Below, in pieces: positions 29,350-43,639 of a stretch of 64,000 bases of DNA. Both the position numbers and the translations under genes were made by a program. Origin of the DNA: Fimbriosthenelais zetlandica (taxonomy: Eukaryota); the NCBI GenBank assembly GCA_977030845.1, contig OZ365110.1, positions 20,708,001 through 20,772,000 on the forward strand, in the 5' to 3' direction. Each line of letters begins with the position of its first letter. Position 1 is the first letter of the stretch. Under the pieces are notes generated by a model, which saw only the letters and a program-made list of their open reading frames with translations, had not been told where the DNA came from and ran no database searches.

Positions 29350-30624
29350 TCAGAGCCAAGGTCAAACACAAGGTCAATCGATATTCTAAAGGTTAATTAC
29401 ATTTCAATGCAGACAGGCAGTGAAGACAGAGGAAGGGAGCAAATGCCACTTCAAAAGAATTTAAGTTTAGAGGTCGATCCTGGATGATGGAATCCCATTA
29501 CAAAAATGGCTTACATACTATCTATCACTATCTACCATAGACGAGATTAAAACACACACTGGGGGCAGTTGAGAATTAAAGAGTTCATTCTGAAGACTGA
29601 GATATACCGATGGTAATGGGAATCCTAAACATCTATTTAGTTCAAAAAACTTTTCTTGTCTTGGAGAGGTTATTTGAAGAGGACCTTATGTCAAAATGGT
29701 ATGAATGAAAAAGAAGTTCAGTACATGATGTACACCCATAGTTCAAAGATCCTCAAATCAGTGCAAGAAGTTTACATTGGTGCTCCGACACAATAACTGA
29801 CCCGTTCCTCAAGTCAAATACAATCAATTCAAAATTCAATATCAACAATTTGAATGACATTTCAGTTGTATTTAAAAAGGCACGGATGTTGAATGTAATA
29901 AAACCGAGCTCATGCATTGAATGCTGAGCTCATGTCCAATATGAATTCTAAACATTTTTTCATTCAAGGCACTGAGTTCGTTCCCGATATGGCGGGTTGG
30001 CAAATTGTATCCATGGATTTACTGCTAATTTTAACTTATTTCATCGCGAAGTGTTTCAAAGGTCATGTGCCAGTTACCATAGTAAAATCCCATGTACCAT
30101 CCAGTGAGAATTCATAGGTTGTTGACTTAATTGAATGAGAAGCCACTTGTTTGCCCATCTCAAACATGGTTTCATGACACCTCCTTTCACTCCAGTTAGG
30201 TTTTCACATTTATTACAATACTAATACCAGTCACCCACATCTAGTCATATTATATTAGCCCATTATTCAGTGTAATAATCACTGAGAAAATCACATTATT
30301 CATAAACAACTCATTGCATGGACTTTTACAGATGACTCAGATTTGAAAACAAACGCCACATTTTTCTAATTCATAATGTAAAGATTTAAAAGAGTAATCT
30401 CAGAGATGTAAAATGGAGAGAGAGGATTCCAGAGAAAGTGCAGCGTCGAGGGAGAAAAGCGCGAGAAACTGATTAAAATGACTGAGCAGTGAGAGTAGTT
30501 TCTGTCACGCATTCACCTGATACCAGATAATGGTCTCTCCGTCCAGATCATGGCAAGGTGGAAGTAACCTTTACTACCTGCCTAACCCAGTCAAGGGGTG
30601 GAACTAGTTTGGTTCGTGACTTAC

Positions 30625-30689
30625 CCCATTTGGTTTGTTTTTGACATAAGGGTTCCACAAGCACACATGATGGTTGACTCCAGCGGTGG
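30625..30689 (-). CDS. WDR49: WDR49-like exon (WD repeat end): (A)TAGVNHHVCLWNPYVKNKPNG
   Basis: Acceptor tcttttgcag|CC, donor GGG|gtaagt; 65 nt, phase 1 to 0. Confidence 0.93.
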
Positions 30690-31967
30690 CTGCAAAAGAC
30701 ATGCACACTAGTTACTCCACACGGATTTTGGAAATAATTTCCAAAATCCAAAATCAAAATCATTATTGTGATTTTTTTTACATGGGCTAGGCCACATTAT
30801 TTCTTACATAATCTAAGATCCCATGCAATATATTATCTGTAGGCCACATTAATGATTTTGAAATAAACTTATCTAACAAAGAAATTGTCGATTCCCTTCT
30901 TGAAAGAGTTTGTCGAAATTTACACTATGGCTATTATACATAGTAACAATATTTATACCATCAATTATTTTCCAGCAGTCGCTGTGAAAGTAGTATAGGT
31001 GCGATTAATTTCTATCAACGCACTTATAAATGATTTATTATCTGAAAATCAAAGCAAATTGACCACAGGAGGAAGGGCCAAATTAGAGAGAGAAAAACAA
31101 GGGGGGAGGATCCACTTTAAGGGCATCATTAAGGACCGAGCGGTCAAATTAGCCACGGGTTTCAAACCAGGATTAAACAGCAGGCCCAATAATGGTCAAG
31201 GCGAGGTTCAACAATTAAGATTAATGGCCCCAACGAAAAAAGAAAAGGGATGTCAGCTAATTTCTTCCAAGCTCCGAGCAACAAATAAAAATTCACTTAA
31301 CTTGCCTTAAGTTCTGGCATCTCCCCCAATGTCCAAATAGCGGACGCCTATATATCTTTAGGAAGAAGACATATTGACAGCAATTACGCCAAAAACGCTC
31401 CCCATCGAAGCCCAGGCCAAAGTTAATAAATCAAGAGGTATTCTATAAACAACGCTAGGAATTCTAACTAAGGATAACACTTTGGAAGCCCGCTAAACAA
31501 ATGCCTTCACGGTGCGCACAGCGGTGGTCCGCAGTTTGCCACCAAAAATTCCCTCCAAAACGTCATCCCGCGAGAGTTGAGAGAGATAGTAAATCTTAGG
31601 AGGCGGGTTGACACGGTGTTTAATTGTTATCAGATATTAAATTTATAGCTGAGATTTATGCTGGGTGGGAAGGATTTGTCTTTGCCTTGGGTAGGAGCGA
31701 CAAAAGCAGTGGTGTGGGCAGGTGGATGGGCGACATGGTGGAGGAAGGCATGTTTCCGGCTATCTTTTAGCACTGTCACATGATCAATATGGCACGCTTT
31801 GTAGGGGGACAGTAGCGATCTATTTCTATGACCTGCCCATTCTTCCCCGACTCCATCTCCCTCCCAAGGCCATAAGCAACCCCCGGAAAGCTTCTTCTAG
31901 CATGAATAATTCACGTGCGTGCAATGTTAGCATGTTATCATAGACCAATGCTGTGGGGACACTCATG

Positions 31968-31996
31968 CACACACCCCCACACACACACATTCACAC
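31968..31996. repeat. Short interrupted (CA)n tract next to the donor of exon 32004-32068
   Basis: cacacacccccacacacacacattcacac. Confidence 0.7.
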
Positions 31997-32003
31997 TACG
32001 TAC

Positions 32004-32068
32004 CTATCAGATTGAGCTTTTCATGATAATCGAAGGCGTTTACGCCCTGTGAAATGGCGAAGGGAGTC
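32004..32068 (-). CDS. WDR49: WDR49-like exon: (T)TPFAISQGVNAFDYHEKLNLI
   Basis: Acceptor tttttttcattttag|G, donor G|gtacgt; 65 nt, phase 2 to 1; absent from the ORF track. Confidence 0.92.
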
Positions 32069-35000
32069 CTAAAATGAAAAAAAGAAATAACAGGAAATTA
32101 ATTTCCTGTGGATTTCTACATGACCTGCAAGCAGTCTTTACAATTATATCGCATTTAAATATCAAAATAGTATCATAGAAAATATAGCTTAATATGAAAC
32201 ACAATTTTACATAATTAATACACCAATATTAATATCTTTACCTGTAGAATATCTTATTTTGGGACTAACTATATATATTTAAGAGAAAAATCACCAAACG
32301 TTATTCCTGCTAACTAAAGACAATTATAATAATCATAAATTGTGGCGGGGGCAACATTTCTGCAGCCTAGTTCCAAGCTCAATCACCAACTTGTCTGCGT
32401 GGAAAAGAATGTGTTGTTTTAGTATTCATCAAAGATTAAATGACACCTTCATTACATGGGATGAGGAAATAGTTCTGGCAATAATCTCTGATCAGAGTTA
32501 CATCAATATCTGTCTTAACCATTAGGTACAGAAATAATCTATTAAAATAAGACCAGTAATTATTATAATAATGAACACTTAAAGCTTAACTGGACGTGTA
32601 TATTATAGGGAAATTATTCTCAACTTATTGCACATTGCAAATTTCGCATGCATTGAATGCTTTATGAAAAACCCAAATAAATTGTAAGGACAAAAGGGTG
32701 AAAGATGCATTGATGGGGGTGAGGGGGTGGGGGTTATCACGGGTGAATTTCGTCTTGAATGGGAATGATATTGCAATGAAAGCATTACGGAAACCTAAGA
32801 CAGTTCAAAGCTTGTAATTCCAGGAAATCCAAGTCTAAAAGCTGTCATTGGTGAAAAAAATGTCCCTTTTGCCAACCAATATTTTCCATCTATTTACAAA
32901 GCTCACGGTCCGAGAAATGATTGAACAGGAAGTGAGTTATGAAAATCGGGGAGATTGAACAAAAAGTTCTATATACAATCCGGGGAAGGACTTCAATTGA
33001 GGTTTGCAAAAATTATGGGTAAAAATATGGATAAATGACTTTGTATTATTTCACTTGCCCACGAATCATTTGTAGCGGAATCTGAATTATAGGGTATTAA
33101 AGACGATTTAAAATTGGGCACTTGCGGAATTTCCATTTCAAGTAGGACAGCAAAGGTAATGGAGTTAAAGGGATTTTAAGGGGATAATTTAACAAAATGT
33201 GGTTCTGGGAGAATTATGAGGACAAACTGCACATTTTAAACTCTTTTGTTACCTGAACAACATTTATAATTATGACCTTATAGATGTTCACATGGAATCA
33301 TGGGTGTTTTAATTGGTGAGGGTTGCATATTGTGCAAGCAATACAGTCATCGATCATTCGTCAAGGACGACATGGGGAAATGCAATCAATGACAGGGAAA
33401 CAGGAAACAAGCATGTGTGTTTCTCAGCGGAAAAGGATGTGTTGCATATCAAAAAGGATCATTCAAGAAAAGGATGGCTTTAGGAGTAGGTATATCATGT
33501 GCAGTGATGTGGTGGGTTTATATAATGTTGTCTTGCAGTCCAAAGGAGGCTTTTTTCAGTACTCACGATCGAACAACCGTCTTCGGCGTTGGGCTAACCG
33601 AGCCGTCCCTAATAGACCATATAATAAAAGCACATTACTGACAGACACTGACAGGATCACAGCCGTTTTCTTGAAACTAGAGCAAAAGATTCATTTTGAG
33701 AAGGGTAATTTTCACAAAACATAGGGCAAAAGTACCGGTATATTATTTAAACTAGTGAAGCAAGCAACTGTTGACAAGACAGGGTCTCGACCCGACCCTG
33801 TGTTGTATTCACTCAAGAATATATGACCTCAAACGCAAAACAAAAACGAATTGATGGACTGACTTCCATTTTGTACATATTTTTTCTCTTCTTTCTCTTT
33901 TTCTATTGTGTATACCGGAGGTGGAGGGCTCGGAGTCAGCACTCTGGTCTTAGCCTTCATGTCAACGGAAGAAACATGAGGATCAGGGGCAAAGATGAAG
34001 CTTGAAAGATGACTGAACAGTTTAGAAGCAATCCTTCAAGAGTCAGCAGCGTCCGTAGAACACCGTCAAACCTGCAACGGGGGCCTTCCTGTGGAAGGCA
34101 GACAAAGGCCGGTAGGAGCGCTAGTGAGCGCCATACATCTCTTTTGGTTTAGTTCCAGTGCCATACAAGGACACCGAGCGCCCACCAATACTCTTGCACT
34201 CCGTTCAAAATAGATGGAGGCCGCTGTGAAAGCGAAGTGACAAACCACGATGAAGTTTCAGGAAGAACCTATCATCTAACATGACATTCATTCACTCAGT
34301 TTCTTTAAACAGTCCAATGTCGTCCGGGACGGTGCAAAAAGCCAGCGTTAATGATGAGGAAACGACTACAGACACAGACATCTATAATATGAGCTCATAA
34401 CACATTTTCCCCTCAATACTTCTCAAGCGGGTATTATGCTTCAGAAATAATATGAATATATCAACTATAAAAAAGATGAATATATCAAGTATACTTATGA
34501 AATCGGCGGCTATAAAGTAAATGTCCATGTTACTTTCTGCATTGATTTTTATGATAAGGGATTAATAAAATACCTAGAATGAGATACATTATTCATACAA
34601 AATAATTTTGTAAAATGAAAAATGTATATGGCTTTCGCCAGTAAAAGATATTTCTATTCATTTAATGAAACTCTAGGGTATTGGTATATATCTAGAGAAT
34701 ACTGGCAGTCATACCAAAGGCCTGCACTCCACCCTTCCCACGAGGTTTGTCAATGGCGGCCAGCTTTCACTTGGTTAAGCTGTAGCCACAGTACCGAAAC
34801 TCAATCCTATCAACTAGATCATATATGACTGTTGGTGTTTCGGTCGAGCGAGCAGGACAAGGCAAGACAGAGGTCCCTATGAGAGCAGCTCCATTATTGT
34901 CTGACGAGTAGAATGCCCTCTCCTCCTCCCTCACACTTGGGTTATGTAAAGAGACCGGTTAGTCCCTCGTCTCTAAAATGATGGACAATTCAATCTCATT

Positions 35001-38000
35001 GAGAAACATATTCTTTACCATGCATTCCCAGAGGAGTTCTTGCATGGTTCCCCTCCCCCAAAACACCATGCAAGTCATGTAAGGCAAAAATACTTAAACT
35101 TCAATAACGGTTTTGTGGGGTTTTGATAAACAAAATGACTAAAATCTGCTTTATAGAACAAAGTCATAATTAATTCTGATGTTATTGACAAGAGAAAAAG
35201 ATGAAGACCTGACTAGTTACCACTAGAACACAAACATTTTCCATTAGGGCTAAGAACAACAAGAGAGTCATAAGCCAATTAAGTACATAAGCCAAGCTTA
35301 ATATCACACAGGCACATGACCTATAAGCCATGACACACATCTCAAGCTTGGACTGTAACTTTCTGCTTTATCATATGTGATTAATGACATTAAAGGTTTT
35401 CATCTCATTCAGCAATGCCTCTCTCTAAGGGAAGATTTACTGCTTTCCGTGCATGTGGCTTCTACTCTAGCATCCCCCCTGCATGCGCCAGCAGGCTGCA
35501 CATTTTTATCTAATTCAAACACTGGCTTATTTCAAGGTTAGACCGCATCTAATCTGCCACATGATTTTCTTCATCACATTCAGAATTTGATTTGGCTCCT
35601 TGATTTGCATGGATCGTCAATACCAATAATGCCATTGTTGGGAGTGTAGGCCACTGTCCGTTCACAGTGGCATATCTGGTTTCACTGCACCTAAGTGATT
35701 GACAGGAAATTCTTCTGTAAACTTTGATTCTGAATGTATTAACTGGATATGATTTGAGCTAAGTAGGCTGCGCATGCTAAATATAGGACCCATCAAGAAT
35801 ATTGATTGGAAATGTGATAGGCTTACATGGCCTGTGATCAAGTCAACTGGCCATCTCAGAATCGCTTCACGACTACATGGAGACGGCTGCAGGCCACCAA
35901 GAGCACCCTGTTTTAAACATGTGCCCTGACTGAAGTAAAAAAAAATCAAGGCACAAGTTTTAAGCCAAGTTTCAATTATGAAATCTAGAGTGGCTCCGGC
36001 AGGAACAAGGCAACAATGTCCTTGGCAGAGGTGTACTTGTGAGGGTTTCATGCCCAAGACTGGCAAGGTTGAAATGAAAAGAAAAAAAATCAACTATAGC
36101 TTGCTACCCTTCTTTCACTCGATGCTTTAGTATGACAATATTTTAAATTTTCACATTTCAATATCAGGAGTCTCTCCTTTCAAATGAAACTGTTTTTTCG
36201 AGGTGGCAGCTTCCCCTATTATTATTAGTCACAGAGCATCACATGGCAGAAGGTCCTCGTTTTCAGCCGTCGATTAGCCCCAAATTATAATAAAAATTAC
36301 ATGTTAGTATGTCCCCAATTGCCAGTCTGTAGGAGAGCAGTACCAATCTAGCCTGCCCCTGTGGGGTGCTTGACCCGTCCATGTATGCCTTAATACATCA
36401 TCCTATCACCAGGCTGACCTTTACGCCTAGGCCACCTAGCGACAGTTACCACAGCAATGACCCCACATCCAAAACCTCAGTGTGATTTTATGGTGCGTCA
36501 ACCGTCCAATAACTGTCAATGGGAACCAGTGGCAGCATTGCTGGCCTCCTTGTTTTCCGATCGGAAATGCAGCGGACATGGGCGAGCGGTCAGACTGGAG
36601 GAAGGAAACAAACCTCCAGCATGAGGGAAATTTAATTACTTCTACTAGAGACTCAATTAGGAATACCCTCAAAGTCATCACAGGGTTGTAAGGGACATTG
36701 TTCCGCTGTTGGTACAAAAAGAGACCAATATAAGTCTGCGGGAATGCCGTATTTTCATTTTTCCCTCCCGCGCTTGACCAAGATAGATGGTCCGAGGTTC
36801 TCTATGGGAAAATAATTAATGGCTTCAATATCCAAGAGTTTAATCAGAATAAATCAGGCATAAAAAGTTCTTTAACCTCTGACATATATGAACACTGGGC
36901 CTCGGGTCTATAAAAGCGCTCTATTTTATCTATGGTCTGACCTTTGGCATATTGCAGAGCCAGACTGCTCAAGACTCTGCTGATAGAAGATGAAAACCCC
37001 AGTCCAGTTTGATTCAAATATGCTTCTTCCTTCTTTCCTTTCTTTACGCTACTGAAGACCAGATAGTGTCTAGTCGGTATATCTAAACCTTAGGTAGGTC
37101 CATCATGCTCTCAAGTAGCCAACTGGGACTGGGGCCATATGGTACATACCAAATAGGCTCTGCTTCCAAACTTGGTTACATCTGAGAGCCAGGCCCTGGC
37201 CCAGCTGGGGTCCATGTCCCAAACACGTTCCCAACCGTCTGCTACCCTTCCCCTGAGCATTTAACTACTGCTGCCTTTTTTGTGCTCATCTTCTTTAGCA
37301 AGTGTGAATCTATGAAATACGGACCACAGAAAAAGACCCCTTCTTAATGAATATCCAACATTAAAGAGAAACTCTACAGCAGTTATTTCTCTGGGGGTGA
37401 AAATTTCAAATCACTGATTTCACTTGAGAAAGGAGCGGGCCAACCCTAGAGGGAGAACGGGCGACCTGGAGTCTACACCTCTTTAACTTCTTATTGTCAG
37501 GATCAAACAGTTGTGGTTGGGCAAAGTCAGTAAAACAAGAGTGGCCATGAGGTGGTGGGAAGATAAATCCAGACCGGAGACTATTGCATGACCTGCACGG
37601 CGCGAGACGCCTGACCCGAAGCGTGGAAATCATAACATGTTCGCACTTTACGATAGGACCTTCTGCTGACCCAAGCATCTAAACACACCTAGCCTCTCAT
37701 CTAAAGGGTAAAATACACCTCCCTGTGAATCTAAACCAGCGCCTGGATACATAACACCTGTCTGGGTGGGGCATTAGACCCCAGTTTAGGCGAGGACCCT
37801 AGTCAAGAAGGTGGAGGATGAAAAACTCTTAGAAGCGGACTCTAAAGGGAGTGGTGTTCAATTAAAAGAAGGCTAGGAAAAGAGAATCATGCATATTTTT
37901 ACTCCATCCCTAAAGACACTCCTGAGTAACTGTATTCTAGAAAAGTGTTTTCCTGGGGGAACTGTATGAAGCTTTTCATTCCCCGAGGGCAGGGAAGCAA

Positions 38001-41000
38001 TGAGATAGGAGCATGTGAGGCTAACGATTAAACATCAAAGAGTGTACATTTGTTTCCTATTGCCCTTATTGGGCCAATTGATTGGCATTACTCTTGACCA
38101 CATGTAGACCTTCATCTTTGTGGCTTAGCCAGAGGCATCTTCGAGACGTCTGCTGTACACTTAATACAAAAGCTTTTATATCAGAAGCCATAGAAAGCGG
38201 TCTTCCTCAATGTACCAAGAAGTCAGCCATACCATTCAATGCATCAACATGGTAGTGCAATACTTTAATATGACAAAACACGTTAAATTCTATAGGCAAT
38301 ATGATGTTTGAAAAGGGATTACTTCATTAATATTAATATTTTTTCAGAGATGGGAGAAGCGGGCCATAATAATCTAGAGAGGTACATGTAAATAATGTCT
38401 GCATGCTCACCAATCTATTGTTCATATTTCCAACGTTTAGTCTTCTCCCGGTCTAATTGAATTGTGTTTTTCACACAATCATAGCAGACATTAATTTTAT
38501 GCTAGGAACCTGATATTTTACTGCCTATACCATGTAGTGGTATGAGGGGAGGGAATAGAAACCAGCTCCGACCGGCATATATCGGTAATCATAGGGTAAT
38601 TTTTAATTCATCATCCCCTTCAGAAGTCCGCTGACAAACAAAACAAAGCACTCCCGCCTTCCTTTTCAAGAATTCATTCAGCAGAGGTTTGCTTTTTGTC
38701 GTTAAATGAAGACATATTCTATAATTGCTCTGACAGTGATAACATCAGGGGAAGTAGGAAAAAGCCTGCTAGTCCCCAAAAGGCTTGTTTCAAGTTGCAT
38801 GTATATGTGGACTGCCTCTTGAAGATGATAGCGAGATAGCGAGTTTAAAACAACGTGAATGAATGAATGTATAATGTGGTATACGACGGTTTCAGAGAAT
38901 GAGTTAAAGCATCAGAACTGATATTTTAAAGTACCAGCACCAAAATTAATGTTTCAGGGTTCAAACAAAATACAATCATAGGTTCCATTGGCCAATGTTG
39001 AATGAGGTAGAGCGCAGATATAAAATCACTCGTCTCATTTAGGCATGTGCAATATGGAATTTCTAACTGATGCCATATAGTGTACATCCTTCTCAAACAA
39101 AACACTTGTGCTAACAATAGTGAATGATTTACTGCATGTTTAATGGCAAATCATTATACCGAGGAACCACACAGCTGGAGGCTCCCTCCAAGCTATAGAA
39201 ACGTTTGGTAATCATCCCTTTATGCAATAATCTGAAATATCCAACTTGAATTCTGGGTATTAGCTACCATTACACAACACCCTGTCTCCTGGGATTAGTC
39301 CCACCTTTACCTGGGTTCATGAAATTATGTTAATAAGCCAATCAAGAGGATTATATGTTCGGTAACGTTCATTGTATACGCCATTAACAATGGCTGAACT
39401 CGTTTCCGCAGACCTCCATGTGACTGGGAGTAACTCGCTTGGTTATATTTAGTACCAGTTGCTCTCCACTAGCCCCATTTCCGTCTCACTTCCGCCGAAA
39501 TCCCTTCTAAACGCCTGCCTTTTATTGAGTAGTTTGCAGTTTAATAACCCAGCCCTTCATTTGTCAAACGTTGTTGCCTTTCATCTTGGCTCTTGATTGC
39601 TTCAGGATCTCCTTGATGCCTTGCGGCCAATGGGTGGATGGCTGGTGATTGGAGGCAAGCCGAGGAGATCACCGAACCAAGAGTCCAGCCAGGCAAAATG
39701 GTCAGCCATGTGCTTTTGCCGGGGTATAATTGTGTAACGGCTGCCACCTCTAGTATAGGCCACACCCAGACCACGGTAGACAGACTCTTTAGGTCCCATT
39801 CAACTGACTCTCATGTCCACAATATCCCGGCTGACCACAGGTGCGGTTACCAAGTCTTCGCCACTGACCATTCAACCCCATGGCTACCTGGGTTCGTGAC
39901 CGGCATGCCTCGGCCACCCCAGCGTCCCCCTCCACCGGGGCCCCTCGTCTGAAGTCCTCCTTCACTTATCTCATTTCTTAAGTGGCCAGTTCAAGCCGGG
40001 TAAGAGCCAGGCTAAAATCCCTTCACTCATCTTATTGCTTTAAGTAGGATTGTCTCACATCCGACATCCAAAGGGTGCCATGTCTTTGCATCCTAACAAT
40101 GTCCTTGCTTGGGATTTCGCTTGGAAGAGCGTCGGAGATGGACTTTGGTGAATAGTAAAATAAGCCCAGCAGGCATCTATGTTAGTAGTATAGGGAAAAG
40201 GAGAGAGGGTAACGGCGAATGGCACCCTTTATCTGCCAAATACCACGGGAGAATAATGATAGACTTGTAACCTGAGAACAAAACCGAAATGGTTCCATGT
40301 TAATTGCAACTATCAAACGTGGGGACATCAGAGGATTCGGGCCATGGATTCCCAAGCGCTGAATTAGAATTCCGAGGGCTGGGAGAAAGAACAAACAGAA
40401 CGGTTCCCTCTAAACTCCGAGTGAATGAGCGCCTGGGCTATATAACGGAGGGGAAAAGAAATGGCATTTTCAAAGAGGGGGCACGGGTAGGGAAGACCTC
40501 TGATGAGGCCTGAAAATAGGCTCAGAAGCCAACAAAGGGTTTAAATATGACTACTATAATGTACGAGGCTTTCCATTCCACAAGTCCGACCTACTTGACC
40601 ATGCATTACATGGCACAAAAGTTGGAATGAAACGTGTAGATGTTTTCAAAGTAAACTATGTAATGGAATATTTATCGACCGTCTTCATTTTGGCACTTTC
40701 TTATAAATTGATTTTCCATATAACATAAAGTATTTGGAATTTGGAAAATTGGGTTCAAATTCAATAATAAACGCCCCGGAGATTAATACCAACAAATCAC
40801 TTTCCCGGGAAATTACCTTTTATTACCTATTTGTCCAACTGAGTAGACGTGCTAATATTCTTGCTCAGATTAATATTTTAACGCAACGTGTAAGGCTGGC
40901 TAATATTATCACCCCAAGAGGACCTTGAAACAAGGGTCATATATAATGTTATTGCTCTTAGTAAGCGCCTTGCAATATAAGCATGTTTTAATACCTAGCC

Positions 41001-41175
41001 TAGCATGGTTTCATGAGGCTCTAATCATGCTTGTTCTATCACATGTGTCACTCATCAACATGTCAGACTAAGGGGGGTGGGGGAGAGCGGTAGTGGGAGA
41101 GTGAGAATGGGGAGGTGTTATGAGCCCTGCAATGCCTGGAGGGACCGTGAGTGAATGAGTGAGTCGGTAGCTTAC

Positions 41176-41287
41176 GTTTTCATGTCTTCCCTCGATGTGG
41201 TGTGTTTTTCCATCCATCCAATCACCAAGGCTTTATCCCATGTCGTGGCACAGCTGATGAAGCATTCCAAGTTATACGAGTAGAGAA
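41176..41287 (-). CDS. WDR49: WDR49-like exon: (V)LYSYNLECFISCATTWDKALVIGWMEKHTTSREDMK(T)
   Basis: Acceptor cgtctag|TT, donor AC|gtaagc; 112 nt, phase 1 to 2; inside ORF 41172..41435. Confidence 0.92.
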
Positions 41288-43540
41288 CTAGACGTGCGGG
41301 TGTTGGTGGTGGTGGGCAAAGAGAAAAAAAACAAAATATAAGAACAAGAGTAAGAGAGAAAAGCGAGAGAGAAATCTTTAATATCATGGTTTTTGATAAT
41401 ATTTTGAAAGGCTTCTTGTGGGGAATTCTCGACAAGTGTCAAGTTGGAGGGCTGCCTTCTCACTGGATTGATTGGCACTTAAGCATGAATCTTTAATGGA
41501 CGCACGGAATGAAGCTAGGAAAGACCGCCATTCACACAGGAAGTTATCTGGGGCGCCCTCATAAAAAGATAAATTATGGTGCCTATGAAAAGGGTAGAAT
41601 TGCATCGGGTTGGTTTTCTGATCCTCACCCAGCCAGAGGACCCCCGGTGAAGGCATGTTAAGGGGGAAGATTGAGGAAAGAGCGCAGGTCCTTCCTTTTG
41701 TGGGCTCTCTTTGAATAATCATTGGATTTTCTTTCTTCTTCAAAGAGGGGGAGATATTATTTGGGTTGATTTGAGATGTCTATTGAAATATTGTTTTGAA
41801 ACTGATGGTTATGTCTTTTTGAGGAAGCGGTTGATTTGGGGGACTAACGATAAGCGCGTTTAAAGGATTTTATAGTGAATTAAGTGGATACGGTTTAACT
41901 GAGTACTTTTTCCTCCTCATAATCTTCAGGACAGCTTATATCAAGCACGTGACTGTGTAATATATTTAGAGCCATATGTAACTCTAACTCTATCCAACTT
42001 TTGTGAATATAGATGATATCAATAAAATACAGCTGAATCAATAAAAAAAAAAAGAGTTAACATTTTTTTGCATTAACGTCCTTGGGGCAGTCAACGATTC
42101 CCTTCACTATATTTCATATCATTTTGTTTTCAAGTGTATATTGGGGTGATTTAGGGTTAGCCCTTACATTCGGATACAGAGTACTGTTAGGCTGCTAGAT
42201 CCATCATCAGTTAGTTATTAGTGTAAGGTGACTATGCGCATATGCTCTTATAAATTATGTGCTTATCATAATGGCTTTGGTACATGGATTACCAATGGGC
42301 CAGTCGTGGTGTATACACTCACCTATCCATTACCAAGGACCAACGCTGCTTACAAAGTATTCCTGATTAATTGATATATTATTCAGGAAACACATACTTC
42401 TCCCCCCACATACTGAATTCTCTCCCAAAACACAGATGTTCAAAATCAAACCAAGTGGCTTAAAAATCAAATACGAATCATTATTTTAATTTGGCAGGGG
42501 ATGAGCGGTGAAGAAACAACGGACAGTACTGATGAAAGTAAAGTTGGGAAAAAAAGAAAAAAAAGAGCAAATGGAAAGTCACAAGTGACAGGGTAATTCA
42601 TAAGAGGAAGGGGATGGCTCTACAAGGCCACTGTGGTTTGTGTTAATCTTATTTAAACTTTTGTTTGGTGGTCGATTTGTCTGCGGTGAAAGTGAAGTAT
42701 GAAGGCAAGGGACTCGGGCTTCATACTTGGTCAGTGGATAACAGTTTACTGAGTGAGTGAGTGAAGGGGTGAGTGTAGAGGGAGAGAACTGTAGATGGAT
42801 ATGTGGGTATACTAGGAGTGGCTAGGAAGCTGGAGAGAAGAGAGGCAGAGATGAGAGAAGGGAGGGGAGAATGAGTTTCTCTGGAGACGTATCACCCCGG
42901 GGACGACGTGCATCTTTCATGAGGCTCCGGCCCTTCACAAACACATGCTCTCCTACCCAGTGGGGACCCCCTCCTCCTCCTCTCTTCTCACTGGCTACCG
43001 ACAGAGGCGCTGCTAACAGCCCCCCGCCTTACATAGGAAAAGCCTCTCTGTCCAGAAAAAGGACAACTACTTCCAAAGAAAGCCCTCTCCTAGCCACCTC
43101 ATTCACCCAGAAGATGGCCAACGTGTAAACACAAGAGGGCAAATGGAGAATATCAGAGCAACTGGAGAATCAGGCGAATTCATCCAAGGACGATGGACGC
43201 AGTCGTGCCATGCACTCCCATTTAATTTAGCAACGGTCGTGTATACGACTATTCAAATCAATCGCACGTGACCACAACATTAAATACCAGTTCTCGCATC
43301 TGTCATTTCAACCCATGATATTAATAATAAAAATTGATCTTTTATTTTATTTTTGAAAGAAAGCATCATAATTATTAGAAATCTATAGTAGCCTACGATA
43401 GAGAGACCTGACACTATTATTTGATATTTTAGGATGCGGGATAGAAATCTCAGTTTACATTCAACTTCAGGAAATGTGGGTGAATTGGAAACTAATTTCA
43501 TACAACATGAAATAGGGCCTACATGGCGGTAAAATATTAC

Positions 43541-43639
43541 CTTGGCGCACCCATTCTGTGTGGGCGTTGTGCTGTACGTAATGGGCGTTCTTGTATTTGC
43601 CTTTCTTCACGTGGGAAAGCTTCACATTCAAACAGGTTT
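43541..43639 (-). CDS. WDR49: WDR49-like exon: (E)TCLNVKLSHVKKGKYKNAHYVQHNAHTEWVRQ
   Basis: Acceptor tttcttcctag|AA, donor G|gtaata; 99 nt, phase 1 to 1; inside ORF 43467..43667. Confidence 0.92.

Noticed and set aside
42021-42053. AATAAA followed by an A11 run as a retrocopy tail
   Set aside because: No recognisable element body or target-site duplication; A-runs are frequent in this AT-rich DNA.
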